From Eledone cirrhosa (Eukaryota), in the NCBI GenBank assembly GCA_964016885.1, contig OZ024741.1, forward strand, positions 219,108,001 through 219,172,000: DNA of 64,000 nucleotides. The letters are read 5' to 3'. Positions 24,913 to 37,842 of the stretch are shown here, piece after piece. The notes under the pieces are model-generated. The model was given only the letters and a program-made list of their open reading frames with translations. It searched no databases and was not told the origin of the DNA. The position numbers were made by a program, and so were the translations under genes. Positions within the stretch are counted from its first letter, which is position 1. The number at the start of each line of letters is the position of its first letter.

Positions 24913-25885
24913 ACCCCGCCATCTCCAACACCACATGTCCAGTGTGATGAAGTGTGATAGGTGAATCCTCGTAGATAAACGTGAAATAATTATGTTACTA
25001 TTGTTGCTGGTGTTGCTGTTACTGTTGTTGTTGTTGTTTAGCCCTCGGTCAACCCTGACCCCCGCCATCTCCAACACCACATGTTCAGTGTGATTAAGTG
25101 TGATAGGTGAATCCTCGTAGATAAACGTGAAATAATTATGTTACTATTGTTGCTGCTGTTACTATTGTTGTTGTTTAGCCCTCGGTCAACCCTGACCCCC
25201 GCCATCTCCAACACCACATGTTCAGTGTGATGAAGTGTGATAGGTGAATCCTCGTAGATAAACGTGAAATAATTATGTTACTATTGTTGCTGGTGCTGCT
25301 GTTACTATTGTTGTTGTTGTTTAGCCCTCGGTCAACCCTGACCCCCGCCATCTCCAACACCACATGTCCAGTGTGATGAAGTGTGATAGGTGAATCCTCG
25401 TAGATAAACGTGAAATAATTATGTTACTATTGTTGCTGGTGCTGCTGTTACTATTGTTGTTGTTGTTTAGCCCTCGGTCAACCCTGACCCCCGCCATCTC
25501 CAACACCACATGTCCAGTGTGATGAAGTGTGATAGGTGAATCCTCGTAGATAAACGTGAAATAATTATGTTACTATTGTTGCTGGTGTTACTGTTACTAT
25601 TGTTGTTGTTGTTTAGCCCTCGGTCAACCCTGACCCCCTTACCATCTCCAACACCACATGTCCAGTGTGATGAAGTGTGATAGGTGAATCCTCGTAGATA
25701 AACGTGAAATAATTCTGTTACTATTGTTGCTGCTGTTACTATTGTTGTTGTTGTTTAGCCCTCGGTCAACCCTGACCCCCTTGCCATCTCCAACACCACA
25801 TTTCCAGTGTGATGAAGTGTGATAGGTGGATCTTCGTAGATAAACGTGAACTAATTCTGTTACTATTGTTGCTGGTGTTGTTTAA
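24913..25885. repeat. ~146-bp tandem repeat, ~6.7 copies
   Basis: CCCCGCCATCTCCAACACCACATG.. recurs near 24913, 25059, 25195, 25342, 25488, 25634, 25776. Confidence 0.95.
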
Positions 25886-26003
25886 CCCCGGGTCAATCCT
25901 GATTGAGCATGTCATCTATGATTGAAGAAAGGTATTCCAGCTATGTCGATCGATCATACTGACCGGTTCGATCCGATCCTTTTTCTCTGACATAGTGTAT
26001 TAA

Positions 26004-26280
26004 CAGTGGCGGTGGAACTGGTTGGGGGTGGGGGGTGGGGGTTAGAGATGGAGGCCATGCCCCCCCCCCCACCACCAATAATTATATTTTTCTCCCCAAA
26101 TTACCAATTTACTATTTCTACATCCGCTACAATTTATCTAAATGTTATGTTTATCGCATATCGAACTTTTCTGACCATTTTAGAGTGCCAAGAGCTAAAC
26201 TAATCACTACAACTAAATTGACCAAAGTTGCCCCCCTCCACCCGCTCCAAAAAATTGAGGAATGCTTCCACCGTCCCCTG
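26004..26280. mobile_element. MITE / non-autonomous DNA transposon
   Basis: TIRs CAGTGGCGGTGGAA / TTCCACCGTCCCCTG; ATTAA on both flanks; second partial copy at 21410-21602. Confidence 0.7.
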
Positions 26281-26361
26281 ATTAAGGAGTACATTGACAT
26301 AATAACTGTTGCTACTTTAGGCACAAGGCCAGCAATTACCCAGTGCATTGACATAATAACG

Positions 26362-29153
26362 AGTTGTTGTTGGTGGTGGTGTTGGTGTTGTTGTTTGTGA
26401 TGGTGGTGGTGGTATTGGTGGTGGTGATGGTGGTGTTGGTAGTGTTGTTGTTGGTGTTGTTGTTGTTGGTGTTGGTGGTGTTTGTGGTGGTATTGTTGTT
26501 GGTGGTGTTTGTGGTAGTGGTGGTGTTGGTGGTGGTGTTGTTTGTGGTGGTGGTGTTGTGGTGTTGGTGGTGTTGTTGGTGTTATTTGTGGTGGTGGTGG
26601 TGTGGTTGTTAGTAGTGGTGTTGTTGGTGTTGGTGTTGTTGGTGGTGTTGATGTTGTTGGTGGTGGTGTGGTTGTTGTTGTTGGTGGTGTTTGTGGTGGT
26701 GGTGTGGTTGTTGGTGGTGGTGGCGGTGTTATTTGTGGTGGTGGTGTGGTTGTTGTTGGTGGTGTTTGTGGTGGTGGTGTGGTTGTTTTTGTTGGTGGTG
26801 GTGTGGTTGTTGGTGTTGGTGGTGTTGTTTGTGGTGGTGGCAGTGTTGTTGGTGTTTGTGGTGGTGGCAGTGTTGTTTGTGGTGGTGGTGTGGTTGTTGG
26901 TGTTGGTGGTGTTTGTGGTGGTAGCAGTGTTGTTGGTGTTGGTGGTGTTGTTTGTGGTGGTGGTGTGGTTGATGTTGTTGGTGGTGTTTGTGGTGGTGGT
27001 GTGGTTGTTGGTGGTGGCAGTGTTGTTGGTGTTGGTGGTGTTGTTTGTGGTGGTGGCAGTGTTGTTGGTGTTTGTGATGGTGGAAGTGTTGTTTGTGGTG
27101 GTGGTGTGGTTGTTGTTGTTGGTGGTGTTTGTGGTGGTGGTGTGGTTGTTGTTTGTGGTGGTGGTGTGGTTGTTGGAGTTGGTGGTGTTGTTTGTGGTGG
27201 TGGCAGTGTTGTTTGTGGTGGTGGTGTTGTTGTTGTTGTTGGTGGTGGTGTTTGTGGTGGTGGTATGGTTGTTGGTGTTGGTTGTGTTGTTTGTAGTGGT
27301 GGCAGTGTTGTTGGTGTTGGTGGTGTTGTTTGTGGTGGTGGTGTGGTTGTTGGTGGTGGCAGTGTTGTTGGTGTTGGTGGTGTTGTTTGTGGTGGTGGCA
27401 GTGTTGTTTGTGGTGGTGGTGTGGTTGTTGGTGTTGGTGGTGGCAGTGTTGTTTGTGGTGGTGGTGTGGTTGTTGTTGTTGGTGGTGTTTGTGGTGGTGG
27501 TGTGGTTGTTGTTGGTGTTGTTTGTGGTGGTGGTGTGGTTGTTGGTGTTGGTAGTGTTGTTTGTGGTGGTGCAAGTGTTGTTTGTAGTGGTGGTGTGGTT
27601 GTTGTTGTTGGTGTTGGTGGTGTTGTTTGTGGTGGTGGTGTGGTTGTTGTTGCTGTTGGTGTTGGTGGTGTTGTTGGTGTTGCTGGTGTTGTTGGTGGTG
27701 TTGTTGGTGTTGGTGGTGTTGTTTGTGGTGGTGGTGTGGTTGTTGGTGTTGGTGGTGTTGTTGGTGTTGGTGGTGTTGTTTGTGGTGGTGGTGTTGTTGG
27801 TGGTGTTTGTGGTGGTGGTGTGGTTGTTGGTGTTGGTGGTGTTGTTTGTGGTGGTGGCAGTGTTGTTTGTGGTGGTGGTGTGGTTGTTGTTGTTGGTGTT
27901 GGTGGTGTTGTTGGTGTTGGTGGTGTTGTTTGTGGTGGTGTTGATGGTGTTGTTGGTGGTGTTATTGGTGTTGGTGGTGTTGTTTGTGGTGGTGGTGTTG
28001 TTGGTGGTGTTTGTGGTGGTGGTGTGGTTGTTGGTGTTGGTGGTGTTGGTGGTGTTGTTTGTGGTGGTGGTGTTGTTGGTGGTGTGGTTGTTGGTGTTGG
28101 TGGTGTTGTTTGTGGTGGTGGCAGTGTTGTTTGTGGTGGTGGTGTTGTTGTTGTTGTTGTTGGTGTTGGTGTTGGTGGTGTTGCTTGTGGTGGTGTGGTT
28201 GTTGGTGGTGTTTGTGGTGGTGGTGTGGTTGTTGGTGTTGGTGGTGTTGGTGGTGTTGTTTGTGGTGGTGGTGTTGTTGGTGGTGTGGTTGTTGGTGTTG
28301 GTGGTGTTGTTTGTGGTGGTGGCAGTGTTGTTTGTGGTGGTGGTGTGGTTGTTGTTGTTGGTGTTGGTGGTGTTGTTGGTGTTGGTGGTGTTGTTTGTGG
28401 TGGTGTTGATGGTGTTGTTGGTGGTGTTATTGGTGTTGGTGGTGTTGTTTGTGGTGGTGGTGTTGTTGGTGGTGTTTGTGGTGGTGGTGTGGTTGTTGGT
28501 GTTGGTGGTGTTGGTGGTGTTGTTTGTGGTGGTGGTGTTGTTGGTGGTGTGGTTGTTGGTGTTGGTGGTGTTGTTTGTGGTGGTGGCAGTGTTGTTTGTG
28601 GTGGTGGTGTGGTTGTTGTTGTTGTTGGTGTTGGTGTTGGTGGTGTTGCTTGTGGTGGTGTGGTTGTTGGTGGTGTTTGTGGTGGTGGTGTGGTTGTTGG
28701 TGGTGTTGGTGGTGTTGTTTGTGGTGGTGGTGTTGTTGGTGGTGTGGTTGTTGGTGTTGGTGGTGTTGTTTGTGGTGGTGGCAGTGTTGTTTGTGGTGGT
28801 GGTGTGGTTGTTGTTGTTGTTGGTGTTGTTGGTGTTGGTGGTGTTGTTTGTGGTGGTGTTGATGGTGTTGTTGGTGGTGTTATTGGTGTTGGTGGTGTTG
28901 TTTGTGGTGGTGGTGTTGTTTGTGGTGGTGGTGGTGTTGGTGGTGTTGTTTGTAGTGCTGGTGTTGTTGTTGTTTGTGGTGGTGGTGTTGTTGGTGGTAG
29001 TGGTGGGGCTGGGGGTGCGGTTGTTTGTGGTGGTGTTGTGGTTGTTGGTGGTATTTATGTTGTCTGTGGTGGTGGTGTTGTTGTTGTTTGTGGTGGTTGT
29101 GGTCATGTTGGTAGTAGTGTTGTTGGTTTTGTTTGTGTGGTTGTTGTTGTTGT
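26362..29153. repeat. 2.8-kb (GTT/GGT)n compound trinucleotide repeat with ~460-bp higher-order duplications
   Basis: Diagnostic GATGGTGTTGTTGGTGGTGTTATTGG recurs near 27943, 28408, 28861; long ORFs are artefacts. Confidence 0.95.
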
Positions 29154-29454
29154 TTAACACCAAATCAGGCCTGATTTAGTACACCTACAATCAACGACAT
29201 CCCAGTTACGACTATCTTGTCTTTTATTCATATTTAAGAGCATCTAGGATTACATAAGCTTATTAAAGATGATAGTGGGCAGTTTGAAAGAGATTTGGCT
29301 GCTACTTCTAGCGGATTGATCGATCGCGTATAGACTCTGTTGTTGTTTAGCCCTAGGTCAGCCGTGATCAATCATATCTGCATTCCAACAGTAACCATCC
29401 TGTCTTTTTCCTGTGTGCTGGGACCACAATATTCAACGTGGTCACTCTCTTTCT

Positions 29455-29583
<129 letters not shown>

Positions 29584-29585
29584 TA

Positions 29586-30300
29586 TCATCATCATCATCA
29601 TCATCATCATCGTTAAACGTCTATCTTCCACGCTAGCATGGGTTAGACGGGAATTGTCTCACTTGAGGCAAGATTGGTCGGGTGATCGTGTCTCACTCAT
29701 ATAGGACTATCTGGCAGGTTTTCTATTGCTGGATGCCCTTCCTAACACCAACCACATTTACAGTGTGGAGCTTTTTACCGTGTTACCTATACAGCCACAT
29801 TACAGCATGGACTGTGTGTTTTTTGTCGTGACACCTACACGACCTCATTAGTTTGGACTGGATGTTGTGATACCAACATAACTTTACAGAGAAATGGTGG
29901 TGTTGGTGGGAGTGGGAGGATGGAGTAGGGGTAGTGGGTTGGGGTGTATATTTCGTTAAGAGGTGCCTACTAACTGTAGGTTTCGCTTTGTACATAGGCA
30001 AGGCGGGTCTTCTGTATTACTGCGAAGCACCAAAGATCTCGGTCCAATGACATTGTTTTAGAGAGGTGTAAGTGTGTAAGGTCGGAATTTATGAAATCGT
30101 CCCAGGTTTTTCTGGATCTACCTACTCCGTAACTTCCATCAAATTTGCTCACCCTGCACTTGCTTATACAGCTGTCATCTTTCATGCGCATCACGTGACC
30201 ATACCAACATAGTCTTCTCTCAAGTAAACAGCATCTGATCCCTCTTATTCCTAATTTCTCACTTAGTTCATTTATGTTTTGCCGTTTGCGTATATGACTA
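29586..30300 (-). mobile_element. RTE family B 3' end
   Basis: MRMKDDSCISKCR..GVGRSRKTWDD; (CAT)n tail. Confidence 0.9.
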
Positions 30301-30303
30301 TTT

Positions 30304-30338
<35 letters not shown>

Positions 30339-30340
<2 letters not shown>

Positions 30341-30461
30341 GAAAAAATTCAGGACCTCGACGGCTGAGCTCCGGCCATTTCGACAGCTAGATCCAAACAG
30401 TTCAGATCTAGCTGTCAAAAGAGCCGGAGCTCAGCCGTCGGGGTCCTGATTCTTTTCATAT
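30339..30461. repeat. GC-rich palindrome, ~55-bp arms
   Basis: CAGGACCTCGACGGCTGAGCTCCGGC..GACAGCTAGATC / GATCTAGCTGTC..GCCGGAGCTCAGCCGTCGGGGTCCTG. Confidence 0.85.
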
Positions 30462-30777
30462 TACCCACTCTACTACCCCAAGTACTCTGTAGGGTTATGG
30501 TCTACCTGGTTTCACCACATTCTATCTGATATCTAATATATATTTGTGAAATGGGTGGTTGAAATTCAGATGTGCACGGTTAAATGGTAGTAGACGTGGT
30601 CGGACGGACATGAAAATTTACACACCTATGTAAAAAGTGCCAAGGAAGCAAATAGATGAGGTTTCAAATCTCTAACTTGAAAAATGTGGTCCCTAGAGCC
30701 GCCAAACGGTGTATTTACTATCGCGTTCGGTGAGTTATTTCCCCCTGTTCTAATACTTGGATGAGTTATTTTCCGTA

Positions 30778-31439
30778 GCCACCTGTTGTTCTGGGAGTTG
30801 ATCTTCTGGTCTTGGCAGAAGTTTTTCTCGTCGGAGAAAAACCACAGCATGTCTGGCTCCAGTAGGTGTTTCAACTTGTTGATCAGGTTCTTTGTGTGCT
30901 TCAGTCGCTTTTCTTGCATCGCCTTTGACAGAGATTGTCCTTTCCTCATCTTGTATGAAATGTAGCGAATGTCTTCATGTACCACCAGCTTAATGAGCTT
31001 TTCATCCACGCCTTTCTCCCTTGCAATGGCACGCATCGACTTGCTAAGTTCATTGTTGATGATATCCTGAACTTCAGCGACGAGCTCGGGCATTCTGAAG
31101 GCATCAGATCGTCGATCATGTGTTTTCCTCTCTGATGTTGCTTCGTAGTCGAATCCTGAATCTTCCAATTCCTTTCTGACCTTTTCCACCATTCTCCTGC
31201 TGACGCTGAGAAAGTCTGAAATTTCCTTATTTGTCCTCCCGGCGCGGATTCCAAGAAGAACTCTGTGTCTCTTCCACAAATTTGGAGGTTCAAAATTATT
31301 CACAATCAATTTTTCTGAAAATAAATAATGGAAATATAGTCACTGTTTTTATGAAGACAAGAGTGACAACGGAAGTAAAAAAAAATTTGCATAAAATTAG
31401 CAGTTGAAAATTGCGAACAGATATCGTGTCCACACCCTG
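30778..31439 (-). mobile_element. 3'-truncated Tc1/mariner (maT/DD37D-like) transposon
   Basis: Terminus TA|CAGGGTGTGGACAC; HTH region (NKEISDFLSVSRRMVEKV; SMRAIARE) and first catalytic Asp WFFSDEKNF..NSQNNRW; rest of the catalytic domain missing. Confidence 0.85.
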
Positions 31440-31442
31440 TAT

Positions 31443-31474
<32 letters not shown>

Positions 31475-31829
31475 GAAATTTAAGTGAGAAAAAACTCTAT
31501 AGGAGTACAAGCCAGATAGACAAAAGAAATATTCTATCTATAAGAGAATATAGATAGAATATTTCTTTTTTCTCGCATAATTTTAATATATAATACTGCT
31601 TCTCTGAGTGATTCCACTCATTGAGATATTAAAGTATTAGAGACTAATTAACATTTAATTAATAATATACATAGCCTTGCCATTGGCTTAGTGGGAGGTA
31701 TTAGAGACAGTGGAGGTCCTGGTCAGCAAATACATGCAGGGTGTCTTATCTTTGGTCTAACTCATGCTAGCGTGGAAAAATGGATGTAAAATGGTGATGA
31801 TGATCATCATCTATATCATCATCATCATC

Positions 31830-32098
31830 ATCATCATCATCATTTTACGTCCGCTTTTTCCCTGCTTGCAAGGGTGGGACGGGAACTGATTCTGGCTTGA
31901 TTTCTACAGCTGGATGCCCTTCCTAACACCAACCTCATTTACAGTGAGTGCTGGGTGCTTTTTTGCCGTGGCACCTCCACGACCACTTTGCAGTGGAATG
32001 ATATGGACCCCAGTCCCTATTATCTCATTTCTACAGCTGAGTAAACTGGAGCAATGTGAAATAAAGTGTCTTGCTCAAGGAAACAACACATCACCCGG

Positions 32099-32136
<38 letters not shown>

Positions 32137-32173
32137 ACATAAAATGATGATGATGATGATATATATATATATG

Positions 32174-32212
<39 letters not shown>

Positions 32213-32293
32213 TCATCATCATCATCATCATTTTACGTCCGCATATATATATATCTAACCACTATATATCTAACCACTAAGCCATGTGCCTCC
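31830..32293 (-). mobile_element. tRNA/CORE-like SINE with RTE-derived tail, head interrupted by microsatellite
   Basis: CCTTGAGCAAGACACTT..CTCCAGTTTACTCAGCTGTAGAAATG, then RTE-C 3'UTR sequence, then RTE-A terminus; head GGAGGCACATGGCTTAGTGGTTAG at 32270-32293. Confidence 0.75.
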
Positions 32294-32367
32294 ATATATA
32301 CATTATATATACACACACACATATATATATATATATATGTGTGTGTGTATATATAATATATATATAT

Positions 32368-32613
32368 AATACAACATCTCTAGCAGAAAAAATTAATAGT
32401 TATAGAAATAAGAATATAGAATATGATATGACCTGGAGTGTGCTCAAAAGAGCCACCCCTTATCAAAATAATAGAAATGAATGTAGATTATGTTCCCAAG
32501 AACTATTTGAAATAATGAAATCTAAGGATATCCTATTAAATAAGCGACAGGAATTAATTATATCGTGTAATCATAAACTGAGAAAAACATTTAAATATTA
32601 TAAACCTAATTAA
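32368..32613 (+). pseudogene. GIY-YIG C-terminal remnant of a third Penelope-like family
   Basis: TTSLAEKI..WSVLKRATPYQNNRNECRLCSQELFEI..LLNKRQELIISCNH. Confidence 0.8.
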
Positions 32614-33460
32614 TAATATATATTTTAGAAATTAATTTATATAATTTAATTTAAATGTAGTTAACCTATAAATTTAATTTAATTAAAATTCTAATACAAA
32701 TGAGATTAAAAAATATTGTGTAATCATAAATAGTGAAGAACTTTTAAATATTATTAACATAATTAATATATACTTTGTAAATTATTTTATAGATTAATTT
32801 TAGTTTTTTTAACCCTTTATTAAAATTCCTTTACAGATGAAATATAACAAAATATCGTGTAATCAATAACAGAGATATTTTTTAATATTATAAACCTAAT
32901 TAATGTACAATTTAGAAACTTATAAATTAATTTTAATTTAGTTAACCTATAATTTTTATTTTTATTTAATTAGCTTAAAATTAAAATTCCTATACAGATG
33001 GATTGCTGAATATCATGTAATCATAAACTGAGATAAATTTTTAAATATATACCTAATTAATATATTCTTTACAATTAAATTTATATATATGTATATATAT
33101 ATATTATTTTTAATTTTTGTTAACCTATTATTATATTCTACTATAGATAAAATACAAAATCTGCTTTAATTATTATTAATCTAATTAACATATACTATAG
33201 AATTTAATATATTATTTTTTAATTTAGTTAACCTATAATTTATATTCTACTACCGATGAAATACTTGATTTGGTTTTCCCTATTACTAAATTCATTTCCT
33301 AATATTGATACCATAATGTTAATATTTTAATTTAGTTATGATATAATTAATACTCTACTACTGTTTAACTTCAAAATTCCGCTTCAAATATTATAAACCT
33401 AAGTAGTATACACCTTAGAAATCAATATATTAACTAATTTTAATTTAGTTAACCTTTAAT
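32561..33460 (+). repeat. AT-rich degenerate ~110-155-bp tandem repeat in the Penelope-like 3'UTR
   Basis: TATCGTGTAATCATAAA..AAATATTATAAACCTAATTAAT..TAGTTAACCTAT recurs near 32561, 32714, 32853, 33011, then decays. Confidence 0.65.
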
Positions 33461-34056
33461 TAATAGTCTACTTATATTAAAATGCATAATTTTGCCTTCT
33501 TTCTTACATTTCCTAATACTGAAACTACTATGTAAACATATATTATGATCTAAATGCAGATTAATATTCTATGTTCCTTGAAACTTATATTTACTATTTC
33601 CCACTAATAATTTTAATCCCCCCCCCCCTTATAATTATTTGTATTTGTAAGCGTGGATGAATGTATGTGTATGTAAGTAGGTATGTATGTTTGGGTGTTT
33701 ATATGTGAGTATAAAAATACACATGTGCGCATGTAAATAAGTGTCTATGATTATATATGTATATATATATATATATGTATGTATGTATGTATGTATATAT
33801 ATATATATGTATATATATGTGTGTATATATATGTCTATATATGAGTATGTGTGTATGTATATATGTATGTGTGCGTGTGTATGTGTGTATATATATTTGT
33901 AGAGATGTGTGTATGTGTATATATATATATGTGTGCATAATTGTCTGACTGTGTGTATTTATTTATTTATTTATTTATTTTTATATATTTTTTTTATATA
34001 TATTTTTTTTATATATATATATTTTTTTTATATATATGTGTGTATATATATGTATA

Positions 34057-36647
34057 TCATCATCATCATCATTTTACGTCCGCTTTTCCCTGCTTGCAAG
34101 GGTGGGACGGGTCTTATTCAGCACAGCATCTCTCCACTCGTCACGGTCCCTCGTCATCTCCACCGTGAGCTTCAATGATCTGAGGTCTGTTCTCACCACC
34201 TCCGCCCATGTTTTTCGTGGTCTACCTCTACCACGTCTTCCTTCAACTGGCATTTCCTGGCACTTCTTCACCCATCGGTCATCCTCCATGCGCATCACAT
34301 GTCCATACCACCTCAGTCTCCTCTCCCGTACACTACATTCTATCCCTCTCAGACACAGTTTCTCTCTCAACACATTTATGCTGGGTCGTTCACGCACATT
34401 TACACTGCACATCCAACGGAGCATGCTTGCCTCATTTCTCTCCAGCCGTCGCATATCTTCTGCGGTAGCTGCCCATGTCTCACTACCATGCAGCATCGCG
34501 CTACTCACACAGGCATCATACAACCGGCCTTTCGTACGCAGGGAGAAACCCTTCTTCGTCAACAGAGGAAGCAGCTCCCTAAACTTCTTCCAACCCGTCC
34601 TTATTCTAGATACTATGGCCTCGGAACACCCTCCTCCCATGCTAATCTGATCTCCTAGGTACCGGAAGCTATCCACCACTTCTATAGCGCCCTCTCGCAT
34701 TTGAAAAATGTGTCTATCAGTGCGACTTCTACTGTCTAATTTCCCTGTACATCTACTGCATACATATTTCTCCCTACCTGTTAGTTTGCCTGCTATCCCG
34801 CTACATCTCTTGTGTACCCAGGACCTACATTGTGTGCATTTTATAGAATTTATGCCAGTTCCTTTTCTGCATATCGAACATGGCCATTTCCCTGACGGAA
34901 TCAGGGTTTTGTCCTCTTTTCTACTCATCAACACTTTTGTCTTAGCTAGATTTACTCTCAGTCCTCTTGCTTCCAACTGCTGTTTCCATAGCCGGAATTT
35001 ATTCTCTAGCTCCTCTACTGATTCTGCCATAAGAGCCAGATCGTCAGCATAGAGAAGTTCCCATGGACAGCCAGTCTTAAACTCCTCTGTTATGGCTTGG
35101 AGGACTATAATGAACAAGAGCGGGCTGAGGACCGAACCCTGATGTACTCCTACTTGTATCTGGAATTCCTCACTAAACTCCATTCCTACCCTGACTTTAC
35201 TGAGAGTACCTCTGTACAAAGTTTGCACTGTCCTTACAAGCCATTCCTCAACACCCAGCTTCCTTAGGGACCACCAGATGACAGATCGGGGTACCCTATC
35301 AAAGGCCTTCTCTAGGTCAACAAAGGCTAAGTATAGTGGCTTATTCTTCTCTAAGAACCTCTCTTGCATTTGTCTCACCAAGAAGAGGGCATCTGTTGTA
35401 CTCTTCCCAGGCACAAAACCAAACTGCATCTCATCTAGTTTGACCCTTTCTCTAATTAGTTGTGCTAAAATCCTTTCTGCCACTTTCATAACCTGATCTA
35501 TCAGTTTTATACCCCTATAATTGCTCCTCTCTAAAGCATCCCCTTTACCTTTGTAGCAATTTATGAGAATACTGCTGCACCAGTCTTTGGGTATGACACC
35601 ACCATATATAGCCTGATTGATTATGCGTGCAACCAGTTTAGTGCCTACGTCCCCTGATGCCTTCAGCATCTCAGCAACTATTCCCGATGGTCCGGCCGCC
35701 TTACCATTTTTCATTTCCCTAATCGCCTCTTGGACCCTATATTCGTCAATCTCAATAGCTGGTCCCTCTGTCGGATCTACCAAGGGTAATTTCTCTCTCT
35801 CCCATTCATTCTCCACATTCATCAGTCTCTCATAATGACATTTCCAGGCCTCCTTCTTCTGGTCATTCGTGACACTAAGTACACCGGCATCATCCCGGAC
35901 ACATTTATCACCAACAACATCCTGATTTGCATTGACACACTGCCTTGCAATGTGGAACACCGCACGCCTCTGATCTTCCCGTCGCAGAACATTGGCAAAC
36001 CTCCTACTCTCTGCCTCCCTGCGTGCTAAGTACACCTGACGTCTAGCTTCTCTCTTAGTGGCTGTATATTCTTCCCTACTCCCACCCTTATTCCAAGCCT
36101 TCCATGCTAGTCTTTTGTCTCTAATAGCCTTATCTACACTGCTGTTCCACCACCAGGTCACTCTCTGTCTGGTTGGAGCTCTGCTCCAGCCACAGGTTTC
36201 ATCAGTAGCCTTCAGCAAGTTGTCACGTAAGAACTTCCAGTTATTATCTATGTCATACGTCTCTAAATCGTCTTCTTTTTCGTCATATACATCTTGAAGG
36301 GCTTTCCTAAATTTGAATTTTAGTGAAAGGTCTTTTAGCTTCCAGACCTTTCTTCTCCACACCTTCCTATATGTCTCATTCCATCTCTTGCTTACTGAGA
36401 TATCACTAACAACTAACCTATGCTGTGGGGTACATTCTTCCCCAGGGTATGCCTTGGTATTAGACACTATCTGCCTGTCCCGCTGCCTAACTAGCAGGAA
36501 GTCAATCTGGCTTATGTGCTCACCAGATTTGTAGGTTATTAGGTGATTGGCAGGTTTCTGGAAGTTTGTGTTGCAAATAGTCAATGTACTTGCATCACAA
36601 AATTCAAGAAGTCTCACTCCTTCTTCATTTCTTGAACCGTAACCGTG
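34057..36647 (-). mobile_element. 5'-truncated RTE LINE (family A), inserted in a (TA)/(TG) microsatellite
   Basis: Uninterrupted ORF, (CAT)n tail, microsatellite flanks. Confidence 0.95.
34074..36617 (-). CDS. RTE ORF: end of APE endonuclease, reverse transcriptase and inserted PHD-type finger (partial, 847 aa)
   Basis: [15 protein letters not shown]; NYRGIKL; QFGF; FVDLEKAFD; [13 protein letters not shown]; YADD; RLRWYGHV; GRPRKTW. Confidence 0.9.
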   Translation of the reverse strand: MRLLEFCDASTLTICNTNFQKPANHLITYKSGEHISQIDFLLVRQRDRQIVSNTKAYPGEECTPQHRLVVSDISVSKRWNETYRKVWRRKVWKLKDLSLKFKFRKALQDVYDEKEDDLETYDIDNNWKFLRDNLLKATDETCGWSRAPTRQRVTWWWNSSVDKAIRDKRLAWKAWNKGGSREEYTATKREARRQVYLARREAESRRFANVLRREDQRRAVFHIARQCVNANQDVVGDKCVRDDAGVLSVTNDQKKEAWKCHYERLMNVENEWEREKLPLVDPTEGPAIEIDEYRVQEAIREMKNGKAAGPSGIVAEMLKASGDVGTKLVARIINQAIYGGVIPKDWCSSILINCYKGKGDALERSNYRGIKLIDQVMKVAERILAQLIRERVKLDEMQFGFVPGKSTTDALFLVRQMQERFLEKNKPLYLAFVDLEKAFDRVPRSVIWWSLRKLGVEEWLVRTVQTLYRGTLSKVRVGMEFSEEFQIQVGVHQGSVLSPLLFIIVLQAITEEFKTGCPWELLYADDLALMAESVEELENKFRLWKQQLEARGLRVNLAKTKVLMSRKEDKTLIPSGKWPCSICRKGTGINSIKCTQCRSWVHKRCSGIAGKLTGREKYVCSRCTGKLDSRSRTDRHIFQMREGAIEVVDSFRYLGDQISMGGGCSEAIVSRIRTGWKKFRELLPLLTKKGFSLRTKGRLYDACVSSAMLHGSETWAATAEDMRRLERNEASMLRWMCSVNVRERPSINVLREKLCLRGIECSVRERRLRWYGHVMRMEDDRWVKKCQEMPVEGRRGRGRPRKTWAEVVRTDLRSLKLTVEMTRDRDEWRDAVLNKTRPTLASREKRT

Positions 36648-36721
36648 CCAATATATATATATATATGTATATGTGAGTGTATGTATATATGTGTGTGTGT
36701 GTATATATATTTATGTGTATG

Positions 36722-36780
<59 letters not shown>

Positions 36781-37114
36781 TTATGTGTGTATGTATATCT
36801 CTTTATTTATGTATGTCTGAGTTGTGTGAGCGTATGGTTGTATATGTATATACATACATGGATATGTGTATGTATGTGTATATATACGTATATGTATGTG
36901 TGTGTGTGTGTTGTGTGTGTATATATATATATATATATGTGTGTGTATGTGTGTGTACATATATGTGTATATATGTATGTGTGTTGTGAATATATGTGTG
37001 TATATATATATGTGTGTTTGTATGTGTGTCTATGTATTTATATATGTATATGTATGTGTCTCTATGTATGTATGTATGTGTGTATATATGTGTGTATATG
37101 TGTATGTGTATGTA

Positions 37115-37159
<45 letters not shown>

Positions 37160-37435
37160 ATATGTGTATGTGTATGTGTATATATATATATATATATATA
37201 CGTATATCGGTGTGTATTTTATGTATGAGTATATATTTTACTTGTTTATATATTTTCTTAATATATTTCTTTTTATTTCTAAATTTATAGATACATTTAT
37301 AAATAGGCAGTTTCTCTTGACACCCTTACTGATTACTGACCCCCTTACCCACTTCTGCATTTGGATATAAAAATATATGTGGCAGTGTTTATATGTGCGC
37401 CTAAATATCCATATAGCTATAATAATAATATATAC

Positions 37436-37474
<39 letters not shown>

Positions 37475-37842
37475 TGTGTGTGTGTATGTTCGTGGGTATG
37501 TGTATATTTATGTGTATATGCGCGTGTGTGTGTGAATGTATATATATGTGTGTATATATGAATCTATATATGTTTATATGCGTATGTGTATTTTATCTGT
37601 AGATTATAAACATACAGAGACATTAGCCCTGAATTTTTGTATTTACATACATTTTTTCGACATGCGTATGCATGTGAACATATATTTTTATGCATATCTA
37701 TGAACGAAGTTACTTGCATATATACACACACCTAACTGTATTTTCTTTATTTATTTTTTTTTGTGTATTTCATTGGTCAATTTGAACTCTGTTCCCAAAC
37801 AGACCTGTAATTTTGAATTGTTGTTATTATCAATAAATATAT

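Noticed and set aside
24913-25885. CRISPR-like or retrozyme-like array (GTGATGA..GAAATAATTATG)
   Set aside because: Units are near-identical with no unique spacers; the hammerhead-like motif lacks C3, has G at position 17 and has no helix I
26317-29179. Mucin-like Thr/Asn and Gly/Val ORFs
   Set aside because: Simple GTT/GGT repeat open on both strands, with no signal peptide, splice context or unique domain
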